Shown here: piece by piece, positions 1 through 8,948 of the stretch | How the letters are laid out: each line of letters starts with the position of its first letter | Position numbering within the stretch: position 1 is the stretch's first letter | NCBI GenBank assembly: GCA_019116485.1 | Contig: DXBO01000027.1 | Span: forward strand, 17,373 to 81,372 | Length of the DNA: 64,000 bases | Direction: 5' to 3' | Source: Candidatus Gemmiger excrementavium | GTDB taxonomy: Bacteria > Bacillota > Clostridia > Oscillospirales > Ruminococcaceae | Program-made: the position numbers and the translations under genes | Notes under the pieces: generated by a model | What the model was told of the DNA's origin: nothing | The model's database searches: none | The model's input: only the letters and a program-made list of their open reading frames with translations

Positions 1-741
1 CTGGCGCAGGGCCAGCCAGGCAGCCACCGCCCCACCGAACACGAGCCCCGCCGGCACATCGCCGTAGGTGGTCAGGTAGGTATCGGCCAGGTAGATGGTA
101 TGGTTGTAGATGGTGAAGAAGAACGGCGTGCACCACAGTACAGCGGCCAGCGGCACCGCCACCCGCCATTTGCCCCAGGGCAGTGCCCCCAGCACCGCCG
201 CAAAGCAGGCGAAATAGAGGACGTCATAGGCCAGGTAGGTTTTCCAGTCCGCATAACTGCCCAGGAACTGGAAGAAATAACTCAGCAGCGGCAGACCGGG
301 GTTCTGGGTCACGGCCCAGGGGGTGCCCAGCGTGGCGGTGGAATACAGGCTGTTGTCCACCTTGGTGACCTTGACTGCCGTGGCCCACAGGCTCAGCTCA
401 TCATACCCGCTGGCAATGGGCTGGCGCACAAAAAAGTACACGGCAAAGGCCAGGGCCATGCCCCAGAACAGCACGCTGCCCGGGGTGAACAGGGCTTTCC
501 CGTCCGGCGTTTGACCCTTTTGGGGCCAGAACGCCCAGACCCCTGCTGCCGCACATGCGATATACAGCACCCAGGTCACCGGGTAGAGTACCCCGGCCAT
601 GCCCGCCAGCGTCAGCACCGAAGCGATGGCCGAAAGGGCGGTCAGCGGGGCCAGGGCGGCGGGCACACGGGCTTTCCGCGTCAATGCCGCGCAGAGCAAA
701 AACAGCGCCAGCAATGCCGCCAATACGCAGAGTAATTCCAT
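1..741 (-). CDS. Polytopic membrane protein, GT-C-like. N-terminal 247 codons only; the gene continues past the window start.
   Basis: ATG at 741 preceded by GGAGAC. The frame is open to position 1, and it is absent from the ORF track because no stop lies in the window. Own translation: MELLCVLAALLALFLLCAAL..., multi-helix hydrophobic. Motif GYDELSLWA (about 370-396) aligns with QWDEFTAWG of the 1426-3417 protein. Confidence 0.7.
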   Translation of the reverse strand, partial: MELLCVLAALLALFLLCAALTRKARVPAALAPLTALSAIASVLTLAGMAGVLYPVTWVLYIACAAAGVWAFWPQKGQTPDGKALFTPGSVLFWGMALAFAVYFFVRQPIASGYDELSLWATAVKVTKVDNSLYSTATLGTPWAVTQNPGLPLLSYFFQFLGSYADWKTYLAYDVLYFACFAAVLGALPWGKWRVAVPLAAVLWCTPFFFTIYNHTIYLADTYLTTYGDVPAGLVFGGAVAAWLALRQ

Positions 742-751
742 GCCAGTCTCC

Positions 752-1426
752 TTATTCCTTGGTCTCGGGGGCATCCCGGCCCCACAGCGCCTGCACCAGC
801 CCTGCAAAGGCAGCGGCCAACGCCGGGGCAAACAGCAACAGCAGCCACTGCCCGCCGGACGGCAGACACCGGGTATACCAGGGGGCGGCGGGGTTCAGCT
901 CTACACCGGTAAACAGCGTCGGCACGCCGCCCACACTGTCGGGGTCGATGCGCAGACCGGTCACCCAGCGCCCGCCCAGGTCAAAGGTATACTGCCCGTC
1001 GCCGGTGACGGCGGCGTAGACTTTCTGGGCTTCGCTGTAATCGGTCTGGCCGGGCAGCAAGTAATACAGCGCCACGCCACCCGGGGGCAGGCTGTGGGCG
1101 GCGTCCAGCCGCACGGTTTCGAGGTAACCCTGGCCCTGCCAGTAGATATGGGGGTCGTTGTCGGTTGACAAATACCAGTTGGGATCGTCGTCGGGTGGGG
1201 TCCACCACTCGTTGGAAGAATAGGGGGCAAAACTTTCGGTGGTCAGTTCCGCCGGGGTCAGCGTCCTCTGGGGCATTTTGCCCTGCAGCTTGTAGTTGAG
1301 CATGACGGCGCCGCCGCCCAGGCAGCGCACCACCCACAGCACTGCCGCCAGCAGATAGGCCAGCAGCAGCAACTGCTGTGGCCGGAACAATGGCCGGTTG
1401 ATCCCAATCGGTTTGCGCTGTGCCAT
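752..1426 (-). CDS. Hypothetical membrane-anchored protein with N- and C-terminal hydrophobic helices and an extracytoplasmic middle domain
   Basis: ORF 752-1429. ATG at 1426 overlaps the upstream TGA by 1 nt (TGATG). Non-shadow amino-acid composition (W/Y/D-rich middle). No family recognised. Confidence 0.65.
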   Translation of the reverse strand: MAQRKPIGINRPLFRPQQLLLLAYLLAAVLWVVRCLGGGAVMLNYKLQGKMPQRTLTPAELTTESFAPYSSNEWWTPPDDDPNWYLSTDNDPHIYWQGQGYLETVRLDAAHSLPPGGVALYYLLPGQTDYSEAQKVYAAVTGDGQYTFDLGGRWVTGLRIDPDSVGGVPTLFTGVELNPAAPWYTRCLPSGGQWLLLLFAPALAAAFAGLVQALWGRDAPETKE

Positions 1427-3417
1427 CACTGCACCTCGCTTTCCGCCACAACGGCCAGGGTAAAGGGCACCGCAGCGTCTTCGCCCTCAAAGTGATAGAG
1501 GGTGGCGGGCATGTCGTTGGTCAGCCCGCCCTCAAACAACGGGCTGAATTCCCGCTGCAGGTAGTCATCAGCCCGGTCAATGAGCAGATAATCGCAGTCT
1601 TTTTCGGCCATGTAAGCCACCAGCGTGGCGGGCACACAGACCGCTTTATAATCGTAGAGGGTCCAGTTCTCACTCTCCACCAGGTTCATGAAATCGCTGT
1701 CCCAACGGTCCTGGGTCTCGCCCAGACGGCCATAGAAGCCGCCAAAGCCGTTGACCACCCGGGCCGTCAGCTCATAGCGGTAGTAGTACCAGCGGGTGGC
1801 ATCGTCGCCCTGGCTCAGCACCAGTACCCGGTCATTCCAGTCCAGCACGGTGTTCATCGCATTGGCACGGCGCTGCACGTCAGCGCGCAGCGTGTACAGG
1901 CTGTCGGCGCCGGTCCAGAACCCAGCTGCCGGCAGCCCCCGCCAACAGAATACCGCCAGCAGCACCGCCGCCGCACCGCCCACCGCCGCACCGCTCAGGC
2001 GCGCATGGGCTGCCCGCCCCAGCAAACAGAGCATGGTCAGCATCCAGGCCTGGTAATAGGGCGCCAGATAGCGGTCATAATCCTTGAGGGCCAGGCCCTC
2101 CACGTCGGAAAAATTGTAATGGTACAAAATCAGATGGAAGGCATACAGCGCCGCAAAGCAAAAGGCAAAGCCCAGGTGCACGGCCAGCACCCGGCGGCGC
2201 CCGGTTTTATCCGACGCCAGCCAGGCAGCCGCCGCCGTGACCGTGATGGCGGCCACCGCCACCGCACCGGCCCCCAGCAGGCAGACCCGCCGGGTGAAGA
2301 AAGCATCCCCCATGGCGGCCATGATTTGGGCAAATTTTTCTTCCCGCCCGATGCCCAGCAGCTGGCGGACACCGCCCGCCAGTACCGCGCCGTAGCTGAG
2401 GCCCGCGCTGCCCACACTGGCCGCCGTGTCCACTGTGGGGGTCACGGCCGCTGTATAGCGGCTCCAGCTCAAAAACGCCGCCAGCACCACCACTGCAAGA
2501 CCCCCCGCGCGGCCCAAAACGGGCAGCAGCCGGGTGCGCAGTGTCCCCTGCCCTGCCGCCAACTGGTCCAGCGCGATGACAAAGACCGCAATCAGGCCGT
2601 AGGCAAAGCAGATGTCCTTGGTCAGCGTCAGCAGCGCCAGGGGCAGCGCTGTGAGCCAGAAGGCATACCGCCGGTCCCGTACGTCCAGGTACAGGCAGAA
2701 AGTTCCGCCGAACAGCATGGCCATGGGCAGGTCCGCCATGGCACTGACATACTGGGTGGCGTAGGCACCCGGCGTGGGATTGCTGAAGAAATACGGCAAT
2801 ACCGCCCCCGCCGCAAACACCAGCACCCCCGCGTACCAGCGGCGGCGCGGCAGGGCGGCAGCCGCCGCCACACAGGCCAGGGCCAGCGTGTCCAGCGCGG
2901 CCAGGCAGGCCCACTCGGCCCAGAGACCGAAAGGCTGGGACAAAAAGGTCACCAGGCTGGTGGCCGGGTAGGTGAAACTGGCTTTGAGGTTTACCGGGTC
3001 GGCCACATAGAACGCGCCGCGCTCCACCACCATTTTGGGTGCCAGGCCCCAGGCGGTGAATTCATCCCACTGGGTAAACATAGGTTGCTGCACAAAAAAC
3101 AGCACCCACAAAAAAGCCGCGCCGCCCACAAACAACGCCAGGCCGGGCTGCCGCAGCTCTGCGCCGCAGGCTTTGGCAAACCCGGCGGGCCGCAGCCTGA
3201 CAAGCCCTACCACCCACAACGTGGCCAGCAGCACAAAGGCCAACACTGCGCCGATGCGCAGCGCACCCGCCACGCCGAAGCCGTAACTCAGCAGCGCGGC
3301 CCCGGCCAACAGTGGCAGCGGCAGCAGGGCGGCATCCAGGTCCGCCCAGGCAGAGAGCACCGCGCTGGCCCCCGCCAGCAAAACCAGCAGGGCCAGGCCC
3401 CAGGCAAGCTGCAGCAT
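1426..3417 (-). CDS. Large polytopic membrane protein, GT-C-fold glycosyltransferase-like, with a C-terminal soluble domain
   Basis: 663-aa ORF with about 12 hydrophobic helices. A WDEF acidic motif follows the early helices, as in ArnT/PMT-type GT-C enzymes. AAAGGAGGG RBS upstream of ATG 3417. Confidence 0.7.
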   Translation of the reverse strand: MLQLAWGLALLVLLAGASAVLSAWADLDAALLPLPLLAGAALLSYGFGVAGALRIGAVLAFVLLATLWVVGLVRLRPAGFAKACGAELRQPGLALFVGGAAFLWVLFFVQQPMFTQWDEFTAWGLAPKMVVERGAFYVADPVNLKASFTYPATSLVTFLSQPFGLWAEWACLAALDTLALACVAAAAALPRRRWYAGVLVFAAGAVLPYFFSNPTPGAYATQYVSAMADLPMAMLFGGTFCLYLDVRDRRYAFWLTALPLALLTLTKDICFAYGLIAVFVIALDQLAAGQGTLRTRLLPVLGRAGGLAVVVLAAFLSWSRYTAAVTPTVDTAASVGSAGLSYGAVLAGGVRQLLGIGREEKFAQIMAAMGDAFFTRRVCLLGAGAVAVAAITVTAAAAWLASDKTGRRRVLAVHLGFAFCFAALYAFHLILYHYNFSDVEGLALKDYDRYLAPYYQAWMLTMLCLLGRAAHARLSGAAVGGAAAVLLAVFCWRGLPAAGFWTGADSLYTLRADVQRRANAMNTVLDWNDRVLVLSQGDDATRWYYYRYELTARVVNGFGGFYGRLGETQDRWDSDFMNLVESENWTLYDYKAVCVPATLVAYMAEKDCDYLLIDRADDYLQREFSPLFEGGLTNDMPATLYHFEGEDAAVPFTLAVVAESEVQ

Positions 3418-3453
3418 ACGCGCCGCCCTCCTTTCTACAAAACGTAATAGTTT

Positions 3454-5136
3454 TTATTTCAAATACACAGTGTATACAGGTCCGATAAAATAGTGCTGGA
3501 ACAGCAGCACCGCGCCCACAAAGGCATACCCGCCGCACAGCGGCAGGGCCAGAGCTTCGGCCCGCTTTTCCGTGAGGGCCGGGCGCAGCGCCCGCCGGGC
3601 CAGCGCCGCCAGCCCCACGGCCAGCAGCAGCCACAGCGGCAGGAAATACCGCGTCTGCAGCCCCACGATGCGCACCATGCCCACCGGCGTGTAGGTGATA
3701 TACATGGCGGTCATGGCGCCGATGCCATACAGCGCCGCAAAGACGGCCAGCCAGCCGGTACGGCGGCGGCCCAGGGCGTTGCCCCGGGGCGTGCAGAGCA
3801 GCGCCGCCGCCAGCAGTACCAGCGGCCCGGTCATACTGAGGAAGGAAACGGGCAGGTCCTTCCAGCCAAAAAGCCCCAGCTGGCCCAGGAAGCCGTCGTT
3901 TTCATACAGTGTGCCCAGCAGCACGGCGATGTAACGCAGCGGGTTGGACAAAATAAAGCCCAGCTGCTGCCCGCCGTTGACGGCCGCGCCGCCTTGCCGG
4001 GCGATGGTGCCGTAGTTATGGCGCATGAGTACGCCATACTGTTCCACAAACACCGTCAAAGCCAGGGAACCGGCGGCGCAGATGCCCGCCCATACCGGGC
4101 GGCTTCCTTTGGCCTTCCAGTCCGGTTTGGCAACGACCAGCGGCAACACCACCCACAAAAGATTCAGATAGGGTTTGGTGCCGTTGGCAAACACGCAGGC
4201 TGCCGTGTACAGCGCCGCGGTGCGGGTGTCCCACACCGGGCGGGTCAGCTGGGCCAGCATCAGGTAGTAGCAGGCCAGCAGCGTGGCGTCGTAACTCAGC
4301 GAGGCCCCCATGTACAGCGACATGGGCAGCAGCATGATGCAAAGAAAGGCCGGGCGGCACTTCTGCGCCGTGCGCAGCCCCAGCCAGCACAGCAGCGTAT
4401 AGGCCAGCAGGTTGCCCAGCCGCCCCGCGTACAGCCAGCCCAGGGCGCCCAGGCCCAGCAACCGGGCCAGCGCCATGCCCAGCGCACCGGGCAAAAACGG
4501 CAGGATCAGAAAGCTGATGGGCTCGGTGACTTCGTTGCCGGCGTCCTCACCCGAGAGGTACTGGGCAAAGCTGTCGGCAATGCTCTGCACCGTGCCGTCC
4601 TTGCCGTATTGTTTGAGGGCGTACCCGGCGGTGTTGTAGGGCTGCTCGGCGCCGGTGTCGGGGTCCACGCCGATACCCGCCGAAGTGTGGGCGTTGACCC
4701 ACGCCCCGGGGAAGGCCGCCATCAGCCGGGCGACATCCTCGGGGTAGCCGCGCTGGGCGTCAAAATCCAGGCGGCCCATAGAGATCGCGCAGGTGCGCAG
4801 ATAATGTTCGGTCTCGTCGGGCGTTTGCAGCGGCGGGTTGGCAAAAGCGAACAGCACCCCGCACAGCAGGATGCACACCGCCCCCCGGGCCGCAAAGTCC
4901 CGCACCCGGCGCAGCAGCAGGCAGGCCGCTGCCGCCGCCAGGCCCAGCCCCAGGCACAGGCCGGTGGGCCACAGGGGCGAGATCCCCCGGGCGTCCAACC
5001 CGTAAAAGACCCGCCAGTAGTAGCTGAACACCAGCCCCAATACCGCACCCAAGGCCAACACGAAAGCCCACCGCACGGCTTTGGGCCAGACGGTGGGTGC
5101 GAAGCGGGATGTTCTGGGTGTATTGCCCCCGCCCAT
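3454..5136 (-). CDS. DUF2142-like polytopic membrane protein (putative glycosyltransferase)
   Basis: 560-aa ORF. The N-terminal TM helix is followed by FANPPLQTPDETEHYLR, the PDExxH signature I associate with DUF2142, then many TM helices. Stop/start TAATATG junction with the epimerase gene. Confidence 0.7.
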   Translation of the reverse strand: MGGGNTPRTSRFAPTVWPKAVRWAFVLALGAVLGLVFSYYWRVFYGLDARGISPLWPTGLCLGLGLAAAAACLLLRRVRDFAARGAVCILLCGVLFAFANPPLQTPDETEHYLRTCAISMGRLDFDAQRGYPEDVARLMAAFPGAWVNAHTSAGIGVDPDTGAEQPYNTAGYALKQYGKDGTVQSIADSFAQYLSGEDAGNEVTEPISFLILPFLPGALGMALARLLGLGALGWLYAGRLGNLLAYTLLCWLGLRTAQKCRPAFLCIMLLPMSLYMGASLSYDATLLACYYLMLAQLTRPVWDTRTAALYTAACVFANGTKPYLNLLWVVLPLVVAKPDWKAKGSRPVWAGICAAGSLALTVFVEQYGVLMRHNYGTIARQGGAAVNGGQQLGFILSNPLRYIAVLLGTLYENDGFLGQLGLFGWKDLPVSFLSMTGPLVLLAAALLCTPRGNALGRRRTGWLAVFAALYGIGAMTAMYITYTPVGMVRIVGLQTRYFLPLWLLLAVGLAALARRALRPALTEKRAEALALPLCGGYAFVGAVLLFQHYFIGPVYTVYLK

Positions 5137-5137
5137 A

Positions 5138-6121
5138 TTACAGGATATACTGCCCGACCTTGTACTGGTCGAGGTTGCCGCGCAGGAATTCGATGGTCTC
5201 AGCCAGGCCCTGCTCGAAGGTGTACTGCGGCGCCCAGCCGGTCAGTTCCCGCAGCTGGGTGGCGTCTCCCAGCAGGCGGTTGACCTCGCTCTTTTCGGGG
5301 CGCAGGCGCTCGGCCTCGCAGACGATGGTGGCGTTGGGGTTGATCTGGGCGATCAGCTCATGGGCCAGATCGCCGATGGAGTGTTCCACACCGGTGGCGA
5401 TGTTCAGTTCCCGGCCGATGGCGGCGTCGCAGTCCGCGATGGTCATGAAGCCGTTGGCGGTGTCCTTGACGTAGTTGAAGTCCCGGGTGGGGGTCAGGCT
5501 GCCCAGCTTGATTTCGGTCTGGCCGGCCAGCAGCTGGGTGATGATGGTGGGGATGATGGCCCGCCCGCTCTGGCGGGGGCCGTAGGTGTTGAAGGGCCGC
5601 ACGATGGTGACCGGCAGGTCAAAGCTGCGGTAGAAGCTCTCAGCCAAACGGTCAGCGCCGATCTTGGTGGCGGAATAGGGGCTCTGACCCTGGTAGGGGT
5701 GCTTTTCGTCGATGGGCACATACTGGGCGGTGCCGTAGACCTCGCTGGTGGAGGTGACCAGCACCCGCTGGGTGCCCAGTTCCCGGGCGACGTTGAGGAC
5801 GTTCAGGGTGCCCTTGATGTTGGTGTCCACATAGCTGTCGGGGCTGTGGTAAGAGAACGGGATGGCAATGAGCGCCGCCAGGTGGAATACCCGCTCCTGC
5901 CCGCGCATAGCGGTGCGCACACCGTTGGGGTCGCGCACGTCGCCCATAAAAATATCGATCTCATCGCGGATTTCTTTGGGCAGGGTGTCGATCCAGCCCA
6001 GGGACCCGAAGGAATTGTACAGGCAGAAAGCGCGGACTTTCTCGCCGCGTTTGACCAGTTCCTCGGTCAGGTGGCTGCCGATAAAACCGTCTGCGCCGGT
6101 GACCATTACGGTATGTGCCAT
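5138..6121 (-). CDS. NAD-dependent epimerase/dehydratase (extended SDR)
   Basis: 327 aa. VTGADGFIGSHL Rossmann motif, YSATK catalytic YxxxK, STSEVYG. AAAGGAG RBS before ATG 6121. Confidence 0.9.
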   Translation of the reverse strand: MAHTVMVTGADGFIGSHLTEELVKRGEKVRAFCLYNSFGSLGWIDTLPKEIRDEIDIFMGDVRDPNGVRTAMRGQERVFHLAALIAIPFSYHSPDSYVDTNIKGTLNVLNVARELGTQRVLVTSTSEVYGTAQYVPIDEKHPYQGQSPYSATKIGADRLAESFYRSFDLPVTIVRPFNTYGPRQSGRAIIPTIITQLLAGQTEIKLGSLTPTRDFNYVKDTANGFMTIADCDAAIGRELNIATGVEHSIGDLAHELIAQINPNATIVCEAERLRPEKSEVNRLLGDATQLRELTGWAPQYTFEQGLAETIEFLRGNLDQYKVGQYIL

Positions 6122-6178
6122 GGTGTGCTCCTTTTATCAACGGGGCGTTTGCCCGGAATTACGATATGATTACAAAAT

Positions 6179-6217
6179 AGTATAACCGATTTTACAGAAG
6201 ATTTCAACCGCCGTCAA
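6179..6217 (-). promoter_or_regulatory. Two overlapping SigA-type promoters for the epimerase/GT-C operon
   Basis: Minus strand: TTGACG(6217-6212)-17 nt-TAAAAT(6194-6189), and TTGAAA(6207-6202)-17 nt-TATACT(6184-6179). The first -35 lies inside the 26-bp duplicated segment. Confidence 0.6.
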
Positions 6218-6237
6218 CAGAAAAGCGGGCGCAGGCC
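6212..6237. repeat. Left copy of the 26-bp direct repeat flanking the IS (CGTCAACAGAAAAGCGGGCGCAGGCC)
   Basis: Exact 26/26 match to 7289-7314. It directly abuts the IS left inverted repeat. Confidence 0.9.
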
Positions 6238-7288
6238 TGTAGGAGTACAATACATCTTGGACAGTTGAATAAAAAAGGATGAAGGATACGGCCTCATCGG
6301 TTATAGTTGAAGTTGCAGTCAACAACGAAACGAGAGGGGGCCATATCCTTCATGAGTAAGAGTATAACACAGGACATGGCATATCGGCAATCCCTGATGC
6401 GATATGCAGAAAAGTACGGCGTCAGCCGTGCCAGCCGGAAGTATAACAAGAGCCGGTCGTATATCTACTTTTGGAAAGCCCGCTGGGATGGAAGTGTAGC
6501 CTCCCTGGCCTGTCAGTCCAGACGACCCCGCAGCCATCCCAATCAGCATACAGAAGCAGAACTGAAACTGATCCGGGATATGCGCCGCCGTAACCCAAAC
6601 CTGGGCATGGTGGAACTATGGCACAGACTGCGGAAACGTGGCTATGCCCGCCGCCCCGAGAGCCTGTTCCGCGTCATGCGCAGATTGGGACTGTTTGCTG
6701 TGAACCAGAAGAAAAAAGCGTACAAGCCCAAGCCTTATGAGCAGATGACCTATCCCGGACAGCGGATACAGGTGGATGTGAAGGTCGTGCCCCGCAGGTG
6801 TATCACAGACCCGGGACTTCGCCTGTTCCAGTATACCGCCATTGATGAGTTCACCCGTCTGCGCTTCCTGGCTGCTTACCCGGAGCAGAGTACCTATTCC
6901 TCGGCTGATTTCCTGGAACGTTTGTGCAAGTGGTACGCACTCCGGGGCATCCGGGTGGAATGTGTCCAGACGGATAACGGTTTTGAGTTCACAAACCGCT
7001 TTTCCAACAGCAGGCACGATCTACCCACTCTCTTCGAAGCTACCGCCGCCAAACTGGGCATCCGCCACAAGCTCATCCGCCCCTACACGCCCCGCCACAA
7101 CGGCAAGGTAGAACGCAGCCACAGAGAGGACCAGAAACGCTTCTACACCTGCCACAGCTTTTACTCTCTCAATGACTTCGCAAAACAACTTGCTGTCCAC
7201 AACAACCGCTCCAACAACTTCCCTATGAGGCCTCTCGGCTGGCTTTCTCCATTAGAATTCACTGTCCAACATGTTTGACAAACCTACA
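6238..7288 (+). mobile_element. IS481-family insertion sequence (1051 bp)
   Basis: Imperfect ~33-bp terminal inverted repeats: TGTAGGAGTACAATACATCTTGGACAGTTGAAT versus the reverse complement of the right end, TGTAGGTTTGTCAAACATGTTGGACAGTGAATT. Single DDE transposase ORF whose stop lies in the right repeat. G+C is visibly lower than the flanks. Flanked by the 26-bp direct repeat. Confidence 0.8.
6352..7278 (+). CDS. IS481-family DDE transposase (HTH + rve integrase core)
   Basis: Translation shows QVDVK...YTAIDEFTR, QTDNGFEF and RPYTPRHNGKVERSHRE, the D, D and E regions typical of IS481/rve. ATG 6352 follows GAGAGGGGG. The listed 6307 start is TTG and is less likely. Confidence 0.8.
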   Translation: MSKSITQDMAYRQSLMRYAEKYGVSRASRKYNKSRSYIYFWKARWDGSVASLACQSRRPRSHPNQHTEAELKLIRDMRRRNPNLGMVELWHRLRKRGYARRPESLFRVMRRLGLFAVNQKKKAYKPKPYEQMTYPGQRIQVDVKVVPRRCITDPGLRLFQYTAIDEFTRLRFLAAYPEQSTYSSADFLERLCKWYALRGIRVECVQTDNGFEFTNRFSNSRHDLPTLFEATAAKLGIRHKLIRPYTPRHNGKVERSHREDQKRFYTCHSFYSLNDFAKQLAVHNNRSNNFPMRPLGWLSPLEFTVQHV

Positions 7289-7314
7289 CGTCAACAGAAA
7301 AGCGGGCGCAGGCC
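7289..7314. repeat. Right copy of the 26-bp direct repeat flanking the IS
   Basis: Identical to 6212-6237. It forms the left arm and A-tract of the ppiB terminator. Confidence 0.9.
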
Positions 7315-7330
7315 CAAAGCCTGCGTCCGC
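7294..7330 (-). terminator. Rho-independent terminator of ppiB
   Basis: Minus strand: GCGGACGCAGGC-TTTGG-GCCTGCGCCCGC followed by TTTTCTGTT. 12-bp stem with one G.U pair, 15 nt after the ppiB stop. Confidence 0.8.
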
Positions 7331-7344
7331 TTGTGTCGGCAAGA

Positions 7345-7815
7345 TCAGACGATCTCCACTTTCTCCATGACCACGGGGGTGCGGGGCTTGTCGTTCCAGT
7401 CGGTAGCGACAGCGGCGATCTCATCCACCACATCCATACCGCTGACCACCTTGCCGAAGGCCGCATAGCCGCCGTCCAGGTGGGGGGCATCCTGGTGCAT
7501 GATGAAGAACTGGCTGCCCGCCGAGTTGGGGTCCATGGCGCGGGCCATGCTGATGACGCCCCGGGTGTGCTTGATGGGGTTGACCACACCGTTCTGCAGG
7601 AACTCGCCCTTGATGTGCCAGCCGGGGCCGCCGGTGCCGTTGCCCTGGGGGCAGCCGCCCTGGATCATGAAGCCGGGGATGACACGGTGAAAAGTCAGAC
7701 CGTTGTAAAAGCCCTGCTTGACCAGCTTTTCAAAGTTTTCGCAGGTGATGGGGGCCGCGGTGGGGTCCAGTTCAATGTCGATGGTTTTGCCGTTTTGCAT
7801 GGTGATGCGGATCAT
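7345..7815 (-). CDS. ppiB: Peptidyl-prolyl cis-trans isomerase, cyclophilin type
   Basis: 156 aa. [18 protein letters not shown]...NSAGSQFFI and other cyclophilin signatures. The start overlaps the upstream stop by 4 nt. Confidence 0.92.
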   Translation of the reverse strand: MIRITMQNGKTIDIELDPTAAPITCENFEKLVKQGFYNGLTFHRVIPGFMIQGGCPQGNGTGGPGWHIKGEFLQNGVVNPIKHTRGVISMARAMDPNSAGSQFFIMHQDAPHLDGGYAAFGKVVSGMDVVDEIAAVATDWNDKPRTPVVMEKVEIV

Positions 7816-8807
7816 ACAATCGTCTCCTTTGTTTCGGTGGTGGTGTCGGGTTCCGGGGGTTCCGGCGCAGCTGCAGGTTCAGCCGGCGGGGTCTGCGGGG
7901 GTTGCGGCGGTGCGGCGTCGGGGTCACTTTCCGGTGTGGCTATGCCCTGGGTGTAGCTGGCGCTGCCCACCGCCCGGAAGAACTCTTCCTCAGAATATTT
8001 TTTCAGCCACAAGAGCAGCGCCGCGCCCATACATTCTTCGCTGCGGCGCTGGGCCTTGGGCAGCAGGGCGAACAGCCCGCCGTCCCGCGTTGCGCCGGTA
8101 AAGGGGTCGGTCCAGGTATCAGGCAGGTCAGCCAGTTTGCGGGGAGATACATGCCCTGTGATGAACCCCCGTCCGCCGAACAGCGGCTCCACCAGCCAGA
8201 ACAGTGCCCGGCGCAACCCGTGCCGGCTGGGGAAAATCCCCCGCAGCGCGTGGATGTGGTAGAAAGCGTCGGCCAGGTATTCCACCGGGATATCCTCGCC
8301 GTAGACTTCCAGCAGACAGGTATGCAGCAGCGTGGTGATGTCGGCCAGTTCCTCGCCGGTGGGCAGGGGGCTGGCGTCGTCCCCGGGCACCAGGGTATCG
8401 CCGGTGTCCTCGCCGTGCAGCGTGGAGTCGAGGGCGATCTCCAGATAGCCGTGGCCTCCCTTGCCCCCGTAGGGCATGCCCGGTTCGCACATGGCACAGA
8501 CAAAGGGATGCACCACTGTGTCGGTGGCGTAGTGGCACAGAAAGCCCAGAGCGTATTCCACCTGGGGGCGGGTCTTGACATGGCGGCAGAGACTGAGCAG
8601 GAATTGCCCGGTCTTTTCCTCGTGCATGCGTTCCCCCAGGCCGGGCAGATCGTAATGACGTTTGGCCTTTTTCTTCCACACTTCGTAACAGAAAAAACTG
8701 TCCGGCCCGTTGGCGCCCGCCCCGAAAGCTGCGGGACACTGGATTTTATAATGGATGGCAGCCGCGGCCTTTTGCGCGGTGCGCAGGTGGGTATACCCTT
8801 CCGGCAT
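7812..8807 (-). CDS. Zinc-dependent phospholipase C-like family protein with a Pro/Glu/Thr-rich C-terminal tail
   Basis: 331 aa. N-terminus [11 protein letters not shown] and [12 protein letters not shown] are His-rich metal-site motifs as in Zn_dep_PLPC-type proteins. The tail is ...[30 protein letters not shown]. Confidence 0.65.
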   Translation of the reverse strand: MPEGYTHLRTAQKAAAAIHYKIQCPAAFGAGANGPDSFFCYEVWKKKAKRHYDLPGLGERMHEEKTGQFLLSLCRHVKTRPQVEYALGFLCHYATDTVVHPFVCAMCEPGMPYGGKGGHGYLEIALDSTLHGEDTGDTLVPGDDASPLPTGEELADITTLLHTCLLEVYGEDIPVEYLADAFYHIHALRGIFPSRHGLRRALFWLVEPLFGGRGFITGHVSPRKLADLPDTWTDPFTGATRDGGLFALLPKAQRRSEECMGAALLLWLKKYSEEEFFRAVGSASYTQGIATPESDPDAAPPQPPQTPPAEPAAAPEPPEPDTTTETKETIV

Positions 8808-8843
8808 GGGATTTCACTTCCTTTACGGTAACAGCGTAGCGGT

Positions 8844-8872
8844 ATTGTACCCCGCCGGGGGCAAAAAGTCAA
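8844..8872 (-). promoter_or_regulatory. SigA-type promoter for the PLC-like/ppiB pair
   Basis: Minus strand: TTGACT(8872-8867)-17 nt-TACAAT(8849-8844), about 35 nt upstream of ATG 8807. Confidence 0.65.
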
Positions 8873-8948
8873 ATGTTGTGCGCAGGGTGCACAAAGAGCA
8901 GACCCGGATTCAGCGGCTGCGCCGCCTTTGGCTCCCCTGCCGCCCGCC

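Noticed and set aside
6307-6351. TTG start at 6307 for the IS transposase
   Set aside because: ATG 6352 has a GAGAGGGGG RBS and removes a 15-aa leader of unconvincing sequence. Either start is possible, and the shorter one is reported.
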